Shown one piece after another: positions 10,146 to 18,192 of a stretch of DNA of 28,822 bases; position 1 is the first letter of the stretch; each line of letters begins with the position of its first letter. Source of the stretch: Oscillospiraceae bacterium (lineage in GTDB: Bacteria; Bacillota; Clostridia; Oscillospirales; Acutalibacteraceae). Location: contig CACXFE010000212.1 in NCBI GenBank assembly GCA_902766855.1, positions 1-28,822 on the forward strand, read 5' to 3'. A program made the translations under genes and the position numbers. The notes beneath the pieces are model-generated. The model searched no databases and had not been told where the DNA came from. It worked only from the letters and a program-made list of their open reading frames with translations.

Positions 10146-11633
10146 TTATTCGGTAAAAGCGGAGGCACTGCGCACCGCCCGCTTCCAACCGGCGTTATAT
10201 TTTGCGGCGTCTTCCCGGCTGATTTGCGGGAAAAACACGGTATGACTTTCGTCAAGGGCTTTGATTTCTTCCTCGCTTTTCCAAAAACCGCAGGCAAGCC
10301 CCGCCAAATAAGCCGCACCCGCGGCAGTGGCTTCGATTCCGGCCGGACGAATGACATCGATCCCCGAAATATCGGCTTGGAACTGCATCAGGAATTGGTT
10401 GGCGGCGGCACCGCCGTCTACCCGCATGGAAGAAATGGCAAGCCCGGTATCGGATTGCATGGCGTTGATCAGATCATTGGTTTGATAAGCGATGGATTCA
10501 AGCGCGGCGCGGATGATGTGGTATTTGTTGCTTCCGCGGGTCAAACCGCAGATCGTCCCGCGGGCGTACATATCCCAATAGGGGGCGCCAAGCCCCGCGA
10601 AAGCGGGTACAATGTATACGCCGCCGCTGTCTTTCACTTTTAAGGCGGATTTTTCACTGTCCGCCGCTTTGGTGATCAGTTTCATTTCGTCGCGCAGCCA
10701 CTGTACCACCGCGCCGCCTACAAACACACTGCCTTCCAACGCATACTGCACTTTGCCGGGATCGCAGGAGGCGGCGATCGTCGTTAATAATCCGTTTTCA
10801 CTGGTATAGGCGGTGCTGCCTGTGTTCATCAGTAAAAAGCAGCCGGTGCCGTAGGTGTTTTTGATGTCGCCTTCGGCAAAACAGGTTTGCCCGTAAAGCG
10901 CGGCTTGCTGATCTCCGGCGATCCCGCCCACGGGTACCGTGGCGCCCAATAAAGAAACTTCGCCGTAAATTTCGCAGCTGGATCGCACCTGTGGCAACAT
11001 CGAGGAGGGGATCCCGAGCAAGGCAAGCAAGTCTTCATCCCAACACAGGGAATGGATATTGTACAGCATGGTGCGGGAAGCGTTGGTGCGGTCGGTCACA
11101 TGAATACTGCCGCCGGATAATTTCCAGATCAGCCAGGTGTCTACCGTGCCGAATAGGAGTTCGCCCCGCTCGGCCTTTTCGCGTGCGCCCGGCACATTGT
11201 CAAGAATCCATTTGATTTTGGTGGCGCTGAAATACGCGTCGATCCGAAGCCCGGTTTTTTGCCGGATCATTTCTTCCGCATGGTTTGCTTTTAATTGCTC
11301 GCACAGGTCTGCTGTGCGGCGGCATTGCCATACAATGGCGTTATATACGGGCTCGCCGGTCGCCTTGTCCCATACAATGGCGGTTTCGCGTTGATTGGTC
11401 ACCCCGATCGCCGCGATCTCTTCCGGGCGGGCGTTGACTCGCAAAAGCGCCTCGGTAATGGCAGAGTATTGCGCGGAAAACAGTTCGAGCGGATCATGCT
11501 CCACCCAACCGGGTTGGGGATAAATCTGTGTAAACTCATGCTGGGCGGAGGAAACGATCTTGCCGGCATGATCGAACAAAACCGCGCGTGCGCTGGTGGT
11601 TCCTTCATCCAGAGAAAGTATGTATTTCTTCAT
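10146..11633 (-). CDS. glpK: Glycerol kinase
   Basis: [41 protein letters not shown] and DGGAAAN. Start moved to ATG 11633 (MKKYIL). Confidence 0.95.
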   Translation of the reverse strand: MKKYILSLDEGTTSARAVLFDHAGKIVSSAQHEFTQIYPQPGWVEHDPLELFSAQYSAITEALLRVNARPEEIAAIGVTNQRETAIVWDKATGEPVYNAIVWQCRRTADLCEQLKANHAEEMIRQKTGLRIDAYFSATKIKWILDNVPGAREKAERGELLFGTVDTWLIWKLSGGSIHVTDRTNASRTMLYNIHSLCWDEDLLALLGIPSSMLPQVRSSCEIYGEVSLLGATVPVGGIAGDQQAALYGQTCFAEGDIKNTYGTGCFLLMNTGSTAYTSENGLLTTIAASCDPGKVQYALEGSVFVGGAVVQWLRDEMKLITKAADSEKSALKVKDSGGVYIVPAFAGLGAPYWDMYARGTICGLTRGSNKYHIIRAALESIAYQTNDLINAMQSDTGLAISSMRVDGGAAANQFLMQFQADISGIDVIRPAGIEATAAGAAYLAGLACGFWKSEEEIKALDESHTVFFPQISREDAAKYNAGWKRAVRSASAFTE

Positions 11634-11643
11634 AATGCACCGC

Positions 11644-12777
11644 CTATTCGGATTTGATGATAACACGGGGAACGCGGGGCGAGATCCCGCAAACGATTTC
11701 ATAATTGATCGTACCGCAAAGAGCGGCCATTTCTTCTACGGGCAGTTCTTTCCCGAACAGGATCACTTCATCACCCTGCCGCACTTGCCCGATTTCGGAA
11801 ACATCCACCGTCATCTGATCCATGCAGATGCGGCCGATGATGGGCGCGCGTTTGCCGTGCAGCAGCACCTGCCCCCGATTGGAAAGCAGGCGCGGCACCC
11901 CGTCGGCATAGCCGGCGGTTACGGTGGCGATGGTCATATCCCGCTTTGCGGTGAAGGTTCTGCCGTAACTGACCGTGTCGCCCTGATGGATGGTTTTTAC
12001 CATGGATACTACGGATTTTACCGTCATCACCGGGATCAGATCCGCGTTCAGCGGCAAGCCCGGAGCCGGCGTCAACCCATACAACACGATCCCGGGGCGA
12101 CAGAAGTCAAAATGTTTTTGCCGATCAAGAAACAGCGCCGCCGAATTGCAACAATGGCATACGGCCGGCGGAAGCCCGGCGGCTTTGAAATGTTCGACCG
12201 CGGCAAAGAAACGGTCATACTGTTCGTCGGTAAATCCGTCATCTTCTTCCGGGGTGCGATCTGCCACGGAAAAATGGGTGAAAAGCCCTTTAAAAACAAA
12301 CCCGGGAAGCCGCGCCGCGGTGATCGCGTCGGTAATGCCGTCTAACGACGCGCGCCGGCAATCGAAGCCGATCCGGCTCATCCCCGTATCCAGTTTGATA
12401 TGAATATTCAGGCGGATCCCGTCCTGCACGGCGCGCTCGGAAAGGGCGGCGGCATATTCGGGGGAATAAACGCTTTGGGTAATGTCATTCAGGTATAATT
12501 GGGAGGCGCAGGCGGGCGGGGTGTAGCCTAAAATCAAAATCGGCCGTGTGATGCCGCATCCGCGCAGGGTGATCGCCTCTTCCAAATTGGAAACCGCAAA
12601 GGCTTCCGCGCCGCATTCTTCCAATACCGGGGCAATGTGGCAAGCGGAATGCCCGTACGCATTTGCTTTGACGACCGCCATCAACGCCGTGCCGCCGGCG
12701 GCACGCTTGATTTCTTTGAAATTATGTACCAGGGCGTCTAAATCAATTTCCGCCCATGTTCTGTGCAACAAATCCAT
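11644..12777 (-). CDS. alr: Alanine racemase
   Basis: VVKANAYGH (PLP Lys), [37 protein letters not shown]. Confidence 0.96.
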   Translation of the reverse strand: MDLLHRTWAEIDLDALVHNFKEIKRAAGGTALMAVVKANAYGHSACHIAPVLEECGAEAFAVSNLEEAITLRGCGITRPILILGYTPPACASQLYLNDITQSVYSPEYAAALSERAVQDGIRLNIHIKLDTGMSRIGFDCRRASLDGITDAITAARLPGFVFKGLFTHFSVADRTPEEDDGFTDEQYDRFFAAVEHFKAAGLPPAVCHCCNSAALFLDRQKHFDFCRPGIVLYGLTPAPGLPLNADLIPVMTVKSVVSMVKTIHQGDTVSYGRTFTAKRDMTIATVTAGYADGVPRLLSNRGQVLLHGKRAPIIGRICMDQMTVDVSEIGQVRQGDEVILFGKELPVEEMAALCGTINYEIVCGISPRVPRVIIKSE

Positions 12778-12781
12778 ACTG

Positions 12782-13162
12782 TCAATCCTTTCCTAACCGG
12801 CGGTGCATCATGCCCGCAAAGGGAACTGCCGCGGAACTGAGAAGAAACCACAAGCCGGAATATAACGGGCAGATCTGCCCGATGATATGAAAAGGCATTT
12901 TGCTGTAATCCCAAATGCCTTTCTTTAAAATGATATTAAAAATCACACCGAATATGAATTCGACCGATGTGATCAGCGCGCACCCAAGCAGGCTTTTTAC
13001 GAATAGCCCCGCCTGGCGGAATCGGTTGCCCAACCAGCCGAAAGCCGTGAAGCAAATGCCGCCCGCAGTCAGCATAGACCAATGGGTACGCCCGCGCCAT
13101 GCCAGTTCCAAAAGCCCGTATCCGCACGCCCCGATCGAAAACATTACCATTTTTCTTTTCAT
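12782..13162 (-). CDS. Small membrane protein, putative ABC-transporter permease-like (CmpB/TMEM229-like)
   Basis: Four hydrophobic segments with ELAWRGRTHWSM, EFIFG and WDYS..PFHIIGQICP motifs. Start ATG 13162 preferred. Confidence 0.65.
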   Translation of the reverse strand: MKRKMVMFSIGACGYGLLELAWRGRTHWSMLTAGGICFTAFGWLGNRFRQAGLFVKSLLGCALITSVEFIFGVIFNIILKKGIWDYSKMPFHIIGQICPLYSGLWFLLSSAAVPFAGMMHRRLGKD

Positions 13163-13210
13163 GCCCTTCACCGCTATTAGTATGCGGGAAAGACCGGGCA
13201 ATTATTCTCT

Positions 13211-13906
13211 TCAGCGTTTGCGGTTGGAAATAGCGATCAGGCGGATCAGTTGCGCCAGTGAAACCAGCAACGCGGCAACATAGGTCATCGCGGCGGCGGA
13301 AAGCACTTTTTTAGCGCCACGGATATCCGCTTCGTCGGATAAAATGCGATCCGCCCGGATGGCGGAAATCGCCCGGCGGGAGGCGTCAAACTCAATCGGC
13401 AGGGTTAAAAGTTGAAAAAGCAGCGCCAGGCAAAAGAAGATAACGCCTAACTTCATCAGAAAAGCAAATTGAAAAATCAACCCGATCACCAAAAGCGGCA
13501 TAGAGAGTTGTGAACCGAGATTGCAAATCGGTAAAATCACCGCGCGCAGATGAATCGGGCGGTACTCTCTGGCATACTGTACGGCGTGTCCCGCTTCATG
13601 CGCCGCCACGCCGACCGCCGAAATGGTGCGGGAATCGTACACCGTGTCCGATAAGCGGATCACATTGGTTTTCGGATCGTAATGATCGGTCAGATTGCCG
13701 GAAACCCGCTCAATGCGCACATCGGTCACGCCGTTGGCGATCAACACCCGGTGCGCCGCTTCTGCCCCGCTTAAAGAGGCGGAGCGCCCGCTATACTTGG
13801 CAAAAGTGGATTTTACTTTAAATTGCGACCATACCGCGATCAAAATCGCCGGAACGACCAGATATAGATACAGTGAGTCAAATCCATAATAAAAGAATTG
13901 GTTCAC
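13211..13906 (-). CDS. Neutral zinc metallopeptidase (YugP/Zn_peptidase_2-like), membrane-associated
   Basis: LTDHYDP, AAHEAGHA (HExxH), EFDASRRA and AAAMTYVA. GTG start after a GGGGTGA RBS. Confidence 0.88.
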   Translation of the reverse strand: MNQFFYYGFDSLYLYLVVPAILIAVWSQFKVKSTFAKYSGRSASLSGAEAAHRVLIANGVTDVRIERVSGNLTDHYDPKTNVIRLSDTVYDSRTISAVGVAAHEAGHAVQYAREYRPIHLRAVILPICNLGSQLSMPLLVIGLIFQFAFLMKLGVIFFCLALLFQLLTLPIEFDASRRAISAIRADRILSDEADIRGAKKVLSAAAMTYVAALLVSLAQLIRLIAISNRKR

Positions 13907-13937
13907 GCGATCACCCCATTACGCTTATGGTATAGAA

Positions 13938-15041
13938 TTAAACATTGAAACGGAAAAGAACAATGTCGCCGTCCTTCATCACATAGTCTTTTCCTTCGCT
14001 TCTCACAAGCCCTTTTTCTTTGGCTGTGACCATACTGCCGCCGCAGACATCCATAAATTCGTCAAACCCGATGACTTCCGCGCGAATGAAGCCCCGTTCG
14101 AAATCCGAGTGTATTTTGCCGGCCGCCTGGGGGGCTTTGGTGCCTTCCCGGATCGTCCATGCACGCACTTCGGGTTTTCCCGCGGTCAGATAGGAGATCA
14201 GACCTAATAAGTGATAGCATTTTTGGATCATGCGGTCAAGCCCCGAGCGCTCCAATCCCAAATCTTCCAAAAACAGGGCCTTTTCTTCATCGCTTAAAGA
14301 AGAAATTTCTTCTTCCAGTGCCGCGCAAATCGGTAAGATTTCGGCTTTTTCTTTTTCAGCTAAAGCCTTTACGGCAAGGTAATTTCGGTTGGAATCTATG
14401 CCGTTTCTGAAATCATCTTCGCTCATATTGCAGGCATAGATCACCGGCTTTGCGGAAAGCAGGGCGGTAGTATCCAAAATTTCCTGCTCACTTTCGTCCA
14501 GCAGTTCGATGGAGCGGGCGGGCAGACCGCTTTCCAAATGCGCGATCAGTCGTTTTAAAAAGTCCGCTTCCCCTTGTAATTTTTTATCGCCTTTCAATGC
14601 CTTCAAAGTGCGGTCCAAGCGGCGCTGCGCCATTTCTATATCGGAAAAAATCAATTCCAGATTGATGGTTTCTATATCCCGCAGGGGATCGACCGAGCCT
14701 TCCACATGAATAATGTCATCGCTTTCAAAACAACGCACAACATGCACAATGGCGTCCACTTCCCGAATATGAGAAAGGAACTTATTGCCAAGCCCTTCTC
14801 CTTTGGAAGCGCCCTTCACAAGCCCGGCAATATCGACAAATTCGATCACGGCGGGAGTGAATTTGTCCGGCTTGTAAATCGCGGCCAGTTTTTCCAGCCG
14901 TTCATCCGGCACACTGACCATCCCGACATTCGGTTCAATGGTGCAGAAGGGGTAATTGGCGGATTGCGCGCCGGCGTTGGTGATTGCGTTGAACAAGGTC
15001 GATTTCCCGACATTGGGAAGACCTACCATTCCTAGTTTCAT
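13938..15041 (-). CDS. ychF: Obg-family ATPase YchF
   Basis: GLPNVGKS, NYPFCTIEPN, DIAGLV, IHSDFERGFIRAEV and EGKDYVMKDGD. Confidence 0.97.
   Translation of the reverse strand: MKLGMVGLPNVGKSTLFNAITNAGAQSANYPFCTIEPNVGMVSVPDERLEKLAAIYKPDKFTPAVIEFVDIAGLVKGASKGEGLGNKFLSHIREVDAIVHVVRCFESDDIIHVEGSVDPLRDIETINLELIFSDIEMAQRRLDRTLKALKGDKKLQGEADFLKRLIAHLESGLPARSIELLDESEQEILDTTALLSAKPVIYACNMSEDDFRNGIDSNRNYLAVKALAEKEKAEILPICAALEEEISSLSDEEKALFLEDLGLERSGLDRMIQKCYHLLGLISYLTAGKPEVRAWTIREGTKAPQAAGKIHSDFERGFIRAEVIGFDEFMDVCGGSMVTAKEKGLVRSEGKDYVMKDGDIVLFRFNV
15004..15019. other. Candidate att core (crossover site) inside the ychF 5' end
   Basis: TTCCC-GACATT-GGGAA is a 5-bp inverted repeat around a 6-bp spacer. 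It lies where ychF codons switch from A/T-ending (CTA GGA ATG GTA GGT CTT) to mostly G/C-ending. Confidence 0.5.
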
Positions 15042-15105
15042 AATTCTTCATATCTCCTTTAAAATCCTTTATTTATAGGGGTTATCGGTGTCGTGAAATT
15101 GTGAA

Positions 15106-15127
15106 CTTCACCATTTCTTCACCATTT
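15106..15127. repeat. Perfect 11-bp tandem direct repeat, putative integrase arm-binding sites
   Basis: CTTCACCATTT x2 (15106-15116, 15117-15127) directly after the integrase stop codon, ~90 bp from the candidate core. Confidence 0.7.
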
Positions 15128-15128
15128 T

Positions 15129-16310
15129 TTAAGCAGTCGAAAGGCTTTCAAACTGTCGAACTGCATTTAACAAGGAATCTTCCGTTACATGAACGTAACG
15201 ATCCATAGTTGTTTTTATGCTACCGTGACCAAGTAATTTTTGTAATACTTTTGGTTGCATTCCGCTTTCAATAGCTCTTGTAGCGTATGTATGTCTCAAA
15301 GCATGCATACAAAAGCGTTTGATTTTTGCTTCATCGCATAACTTGTAAAGATGGGTGTCATAAGAACTGTTCTTTGCAGGTTCTCCCGTTCTCCAATTGA
15401 TGAAAACAAGGTCTCGCATAACTAATGTTGATTTTTGGCCTGTATGTCTATCCATATAATCCAACGTTTGAGACAAAGTTTCTGATTCCTTTCGGAATTT
15501 TCTGTTTTGATATAATTCCAAAAGAATATCATATGCTTTGTTTGTTAATGGAATAGTGCGGTAGCTATGTTGAGTTTTTGGTGGACCTGCACGCCAATAG
15601 CCTTGTTTGTGTCTGTATTCCAAGGTTTTATTTACTGTGAGAGTTCGTTTTTCAAAATCAATTGTATCCCAGGTTAATCCAATTAGTTCTCCAGTTCGAA
15701 GTCCAGTTTCAAGAAGCAAAGCGTATTGTTTATAATTATGTGAACGTTTTGCAGCTTCTAAAAATTTTTTCTGTTCTTCTATGGTAAGGAACTTTATATC
15801 GTTTGGAGCACGAACTGGTTTGGTGTAACGTACTCCGTCCATAGGATGCTTTATTATTAAATCATTCATCAAAGCAGACTTAAACATTGTGCCCATACAG
15901 ATAAAACATTGTCGTATTGTAGAACCAGCATATCCGTCATTCATCTTATTTAAAACCATTTTGCAATGCAAGGGTTTAACATCGGATAATAACATACGTC
16001 CTACAACAGGTTTTACATTAATGGTATATCTTTCCCTGTAGTTTCGTAGAGTGTTAGGAGCAAGGTCTCCAACTATATTATCAATCCAATAGTTAAACCA
16101 ATCATCAACAGTCATATCAGAAGGTGCAAATACATTGTCGTGCTTATCTACATATTTTGCTTCTTCTAACCAATTGCGGGCTTCTGGTAAAGTGGGGAAC
16201 AGTTTTTCTTGTCGTTTACCATACTTATTTACAAATCTTGCGGAATAGAATCCATCCTTTCTTTGGCAGATACCTTTGCCACATTCTTTGCCTTTTAGGT
16301 TTTTACCCAT
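15129..16310 (-). CDS. int: Tyrosine recombinase/integrase with Tn916-type N-terminal arm-binding domain
   Basis: N-term [15 protein letters not shown]. Catalytic GLRTGE (R), PPKT (K), HALRH (HxxR), LGH, TTMDRY (Y). RBS GGAAAGGAG. Confidence 0.95.
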   Translation of the reverse strand: MGKNLKGKECGKGICQRKDGFYSARFVNKYGKRQEKLFPTLPEARNWLEEAKYVDKHDNVFAPSDMTVDDWFNYWIDNIVGDLAPNTLRNYRERYTINVKPVVGRMLLSDVKPLHCKMVLNKMNDGYAGSTIRQCFICMGTMFKSALMNDLIIKHPMDGVRYTKPVRAPNDIKFLTIEEQKKFLEAAKRSHNYKQYALLLETGLRTGELIGLTWDTIDFEKRTLTVNKTLEYRHKQGYWRAGPPKTQHSYRTIPLTNKAYDILLELYQNRKFRKESETLSQTLDYMDRHTGQKSTLVMRDLVFINWRTGEPAKNSSYDTHLYKLCDEAKIKRFCMHALRHTYATRAIESGMQPKVLQKLLGHGSIKTTMDRYVHVTEDSLLNAVRQFESLSTA

Positions 16311-16359
16311 TATATTGAACTCCTTTCCACACTAAGAAAAGAGCCAATGCAACTATTAT

Positions 16360-16388
16360 AGTATAACTCATTGACTCAATATTTTCAA
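16360..16388 (-). promoter_or_regulatory. Sigma-A-like promoter of int
   Basis: TTGAAA-N17-TATACT on the - strand. A 9-bp imperfect inverted repeat (16341-16349/16369-16377) brackets the -10. Confidence 0.65.
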
Positions 16389-16417
16389 TAAAAAATCTAA
16401 AATTATATAGTATAATA

Positions 16418-16624
16418 TTAAATAATCAAATTGTTGCTTATAAAATCCTCAAACTCCTTACGTTTGACTAACTTTTTTGTTCCTACAAACAGAACAAACG
16501 GACAATTTGGGGCTCGTAATAAAGCATCAATTTTGTTTATACCGATATTACTGTACTCGGCGGCTTCTTTAATTGTTAATGTCAGCTTTTCGTTTATGGG
16601 TATTTGTTTTGAATTTTCAGGCAT
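16418..16624 (-). CDS. xis: Excisionase (Tn916 Xis-like winged HTH)
   Basis: 68 aa, LTIKEAAEYSNIGINKI...KKLVKRKEFE, immediately upstream of int. RBS AAGGAGA. Confidence 0.88.
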   Translation of the reverse strand: MPENSKQIPINEKLTLTIKEAAEYSNIGINKIDALLRAPNCPFVLFVGTKKLVKRKEFEDFISNNLII

Positions 16625-16724
16625 TTTTTATCTCCTTTATAATTTTTTGAATAGGAAGAAACAATATAAAGACAAATTTATGATAAGAAAAAGGTTTTTA
16701 TAGAATAATATATCCAAATACAGA

Positions 16725-16856
16725 CCATTTCCTGCATTTTGCGTATTTTCAGGTAGTGCTGTGCACGGTTTGATTTGCAGGCATGCTCAATCTTCATCGC
16801 ATACTATCTGCAAAACCTGTATAACTTCTGTAAAAGGATTCAATTTTCAAGGTTCA
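16725..16856 (-). ncRNA. Putative structured leader RNA upstream of xis, with a boxA-like 5' element
   Basis: TGAACCTTGAAAATTGAAT (16856-16838), then stem GGUUUUGCAG/CUGCAAAUCAAACC with an inner UAUGC/GCAUG helix, then a GUGC-ACA-GCAC hairpin. Confidence 0.45.
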
Positions 16857-16937
16857 AAATAACGGTATTTGCGTCCGTTGTAAAATTAAATACGGATAAA
16901 ATGATATTTCTTCTTCACAATAATGAAAATTTTTCTT

Positions 16938-16953
16938 AAACCATATATTGTTT
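16938..16953. promoter_or_regulatory. Putative NrdR box 1
   Basis: AAACCATATATTGTTT against consensus acaCwAtATaTwGtgt: all capital positions match; mismatches at positions 2, 5 and 15. Confidence 0.5.
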
Positions 16954-16970
16954 TAAAATCAAAATAACGC

Positions 16971-16999
16971 TTGACAACCACAACATATTGTGGTAATAT
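16971..16999 (+). promoter_or_regulatory. Near-consensus sigma-A promoter of the rightward operon
   Basis: TTGACA (16971-16976), N17, TAATAT (16994-16999), with an extended -10 TGn. Confidence 0.85.
16978..16993. promoter_or_regulatory. Putative NrdR box 2 (operator in the promoter spacer)
   Basis: CCACAACATATTGTGG lies within the 7-bp palindrome ACCACAA-N4-TTGTGGT and matches acaCwAtATaTwGtgt at 13/16 positions, including all capitals. Confidence 0.65.
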
Positions 17000-17004
17000 A
17001 GCTT

Positions 17005-17352
17005 TGTAATTGATTTTTGTGCATGCCCTTGAGGGGCAATCGTAATACTTTTTGTATTACATCGCACACACACGTTGAGTTTGTAATTGAGTGCTGACAG
17101 AATAATTCTGCCCTTTTAAAGGTAAGAATAAATGTCAGCACTTTTTATATAGATATTAACGCCTTCGGGCAGAAAGGAGAAAGAAGACCAAGATTATTGT
17201 TATCTTTAAGGTAACGGACACGGGGAGGTAAAGCAAGTTAATGCTTTGTTTCTAAAACAATCATAAAAACAGAAGAAATACTGCTGATAATGTTTCAGCT
17301 TTTTGAGGAATCGTATGTGTTTTAAGAGAAATACAACGATTCCTCTTTTTTT
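17005..17352 (+). ncRNA. Putative ~345-nt structured leader/sRNA (5' end inferred from the promoter)
   Basis: No credible CDS. Hairpins at 17024-17038 and 17042-17060, a 10-bp perfect stem 17090-17099/17133-17142, a GCC-UUCG-GGC tetraloop at 17161-17170, and a terminal terminator. Confidence 0.6.
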
Positions 17353-17358
17353 GTTTTT
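17305..17358 (+). terminator. Intrinsic terminator upstream of the first operon gene
   Basis: GAGGAATCGT/ACGATTCCTC perfect 10-bp stem plus a 7-bp inner stem, followed by TTTTTTTGTTTTT. Confidence 0.85.
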
Positions 17359-17390
17359 ATGGCCATTTTTTAAATGAAAGGAAGAAATTT

Positions 17391-18182
17391 ATGAGAAGAT
17401 TTCAAAAACTGAAAAGCTCGGCAGTTACACTATTGATTGCAGTTTTAGCAATCACTTGTTTTACGAGAGGTGTTTTACAATTGTCTCTTTATATTGCGGC
17501 ATTTGTGGCATGGGGTATATATGCCTTCATATCATTTGTTGTGCCGATAATAAAGAGACACAACTATCGCCGTGAGGTAAAACGGATTGTGAACGAAAAG
17601 CCATGTAAAGATGCAAATGATGATAATTATGAAAGATTAAGTTACTTGTTGCTTTGTCATGTCAATCACAGAATTACCGGTTATATTCAAAGTACATATC
17701 CCGATGCAACATGGGCTTGGCGAACGGATAAACCTGCATATATTATGGCAAACGGTGGTACTGGCAGAATAGAGCTTTTCGGTGTTAAGGAATATAATTT
17801 TGCTGACATATCTTTTGATAATGATGCAAATATTGATTGTTCCTTGCTTAAAATTGTAAGTCTTAAACAGGCGGCGCAAACCGAATGTAAGGATGCATCT
17901 GCCGATGTTACAAAATCGGAAATTGACCCGCAAGTATGGTTTGAAAAAAGCGGTCGTGTAATCCTTAAAAACCTTATTGCAGAATTAGGCTCAAGAGGAC
18001 ACAATACACTTACTATACGAGATGATGGAAGCTGTGTTGTGAAACAGGGTGAAAAGGAAATTGAGGTATCTCATCTTGAGGCGTTTCCTGAAAGAGTGTA
18101 TCATCCCAAGCTTATTAAGGTTTTTGCAGGAGCAGGTATTGCCGCAAAAACTGTGGATGCGGGATTGGCTGTTAATTGGTAG
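17391..18182 (+). CDS. Hypothetical protein with two N-terminal transmembrane segments, 263 aa
   Basis: RBS GAAAGGA, hydrophobic residues ~10-45, stop overlapping the next RBS. Confidence 0.75.
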   Translation: MRRFQKLKSSAVTLLIAVLAITCFTRGVLQLSLYIAAFVAWGIYAFISFVVPIIKRHNYRREVKRIVNEKPCKDANDDNYERLSYLLLCHVNHRITGYIQSTYPDATWAWRTDKPAYIMANGGTGRIELFGVKEYNFADISFDNDANIDCSLLKIVSLKQAAQTECKDASADVTKSEIDPQVWFEKSGRVILKNLIAELGSRGHNTLTIRDDGSCVVKQGEKEIEVSHLEAFPERVYHPKLIKVFAGAGIAAKTVDAGLAVNW

Positions 18183-18192
18183 GTGATGCCTT

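Noticed and set aside
13162-13211. Sporulation sigma-E-like promoter (ATA-N18-CATACT) upstream of the membrane protein gene
   Set aside because: It lacks the final conserved T, and the elements are too short to be significant.
265-15035. Many antisense or alternate-frame ORFs over the host operons (e.g. 2245-3018 -, 4640-5332 -, 11596-12345 +)
   Set aside because: They lie wholly within well-identified genes, show no recognisable motifs, and are expected shadows in GC-rich coding DNA.
16612-16626. CodY-like box over the xis start (and a similar match near 26882)
   Set aside because: Three mismatches to AATTTTCWGAAAATT in AT-rich DNA are expected by chance.
16901-16928. Possible leftward xis promoter TTTCAT-N16-TATCAT
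   Set aside because: Weak -35 and short spacer; plausible, but not distinguishable from background.
16124-17141. ORFs 16124-16318 +, 16431-16703 + and 16959-17141 -
   Set aside because: They are antisense to int, xis or the promoter/leader, with no convincing RBS or motif.
17171-17231. RBS-like AGAAAGGAG followed by an open stretch KKTKIIVIFKVTDTGR*
   Set aside because: No ATG/GTG/TTG in frame and an in-frame stop just upstream. It could be a decayed leader peptide, but this is unsupported.
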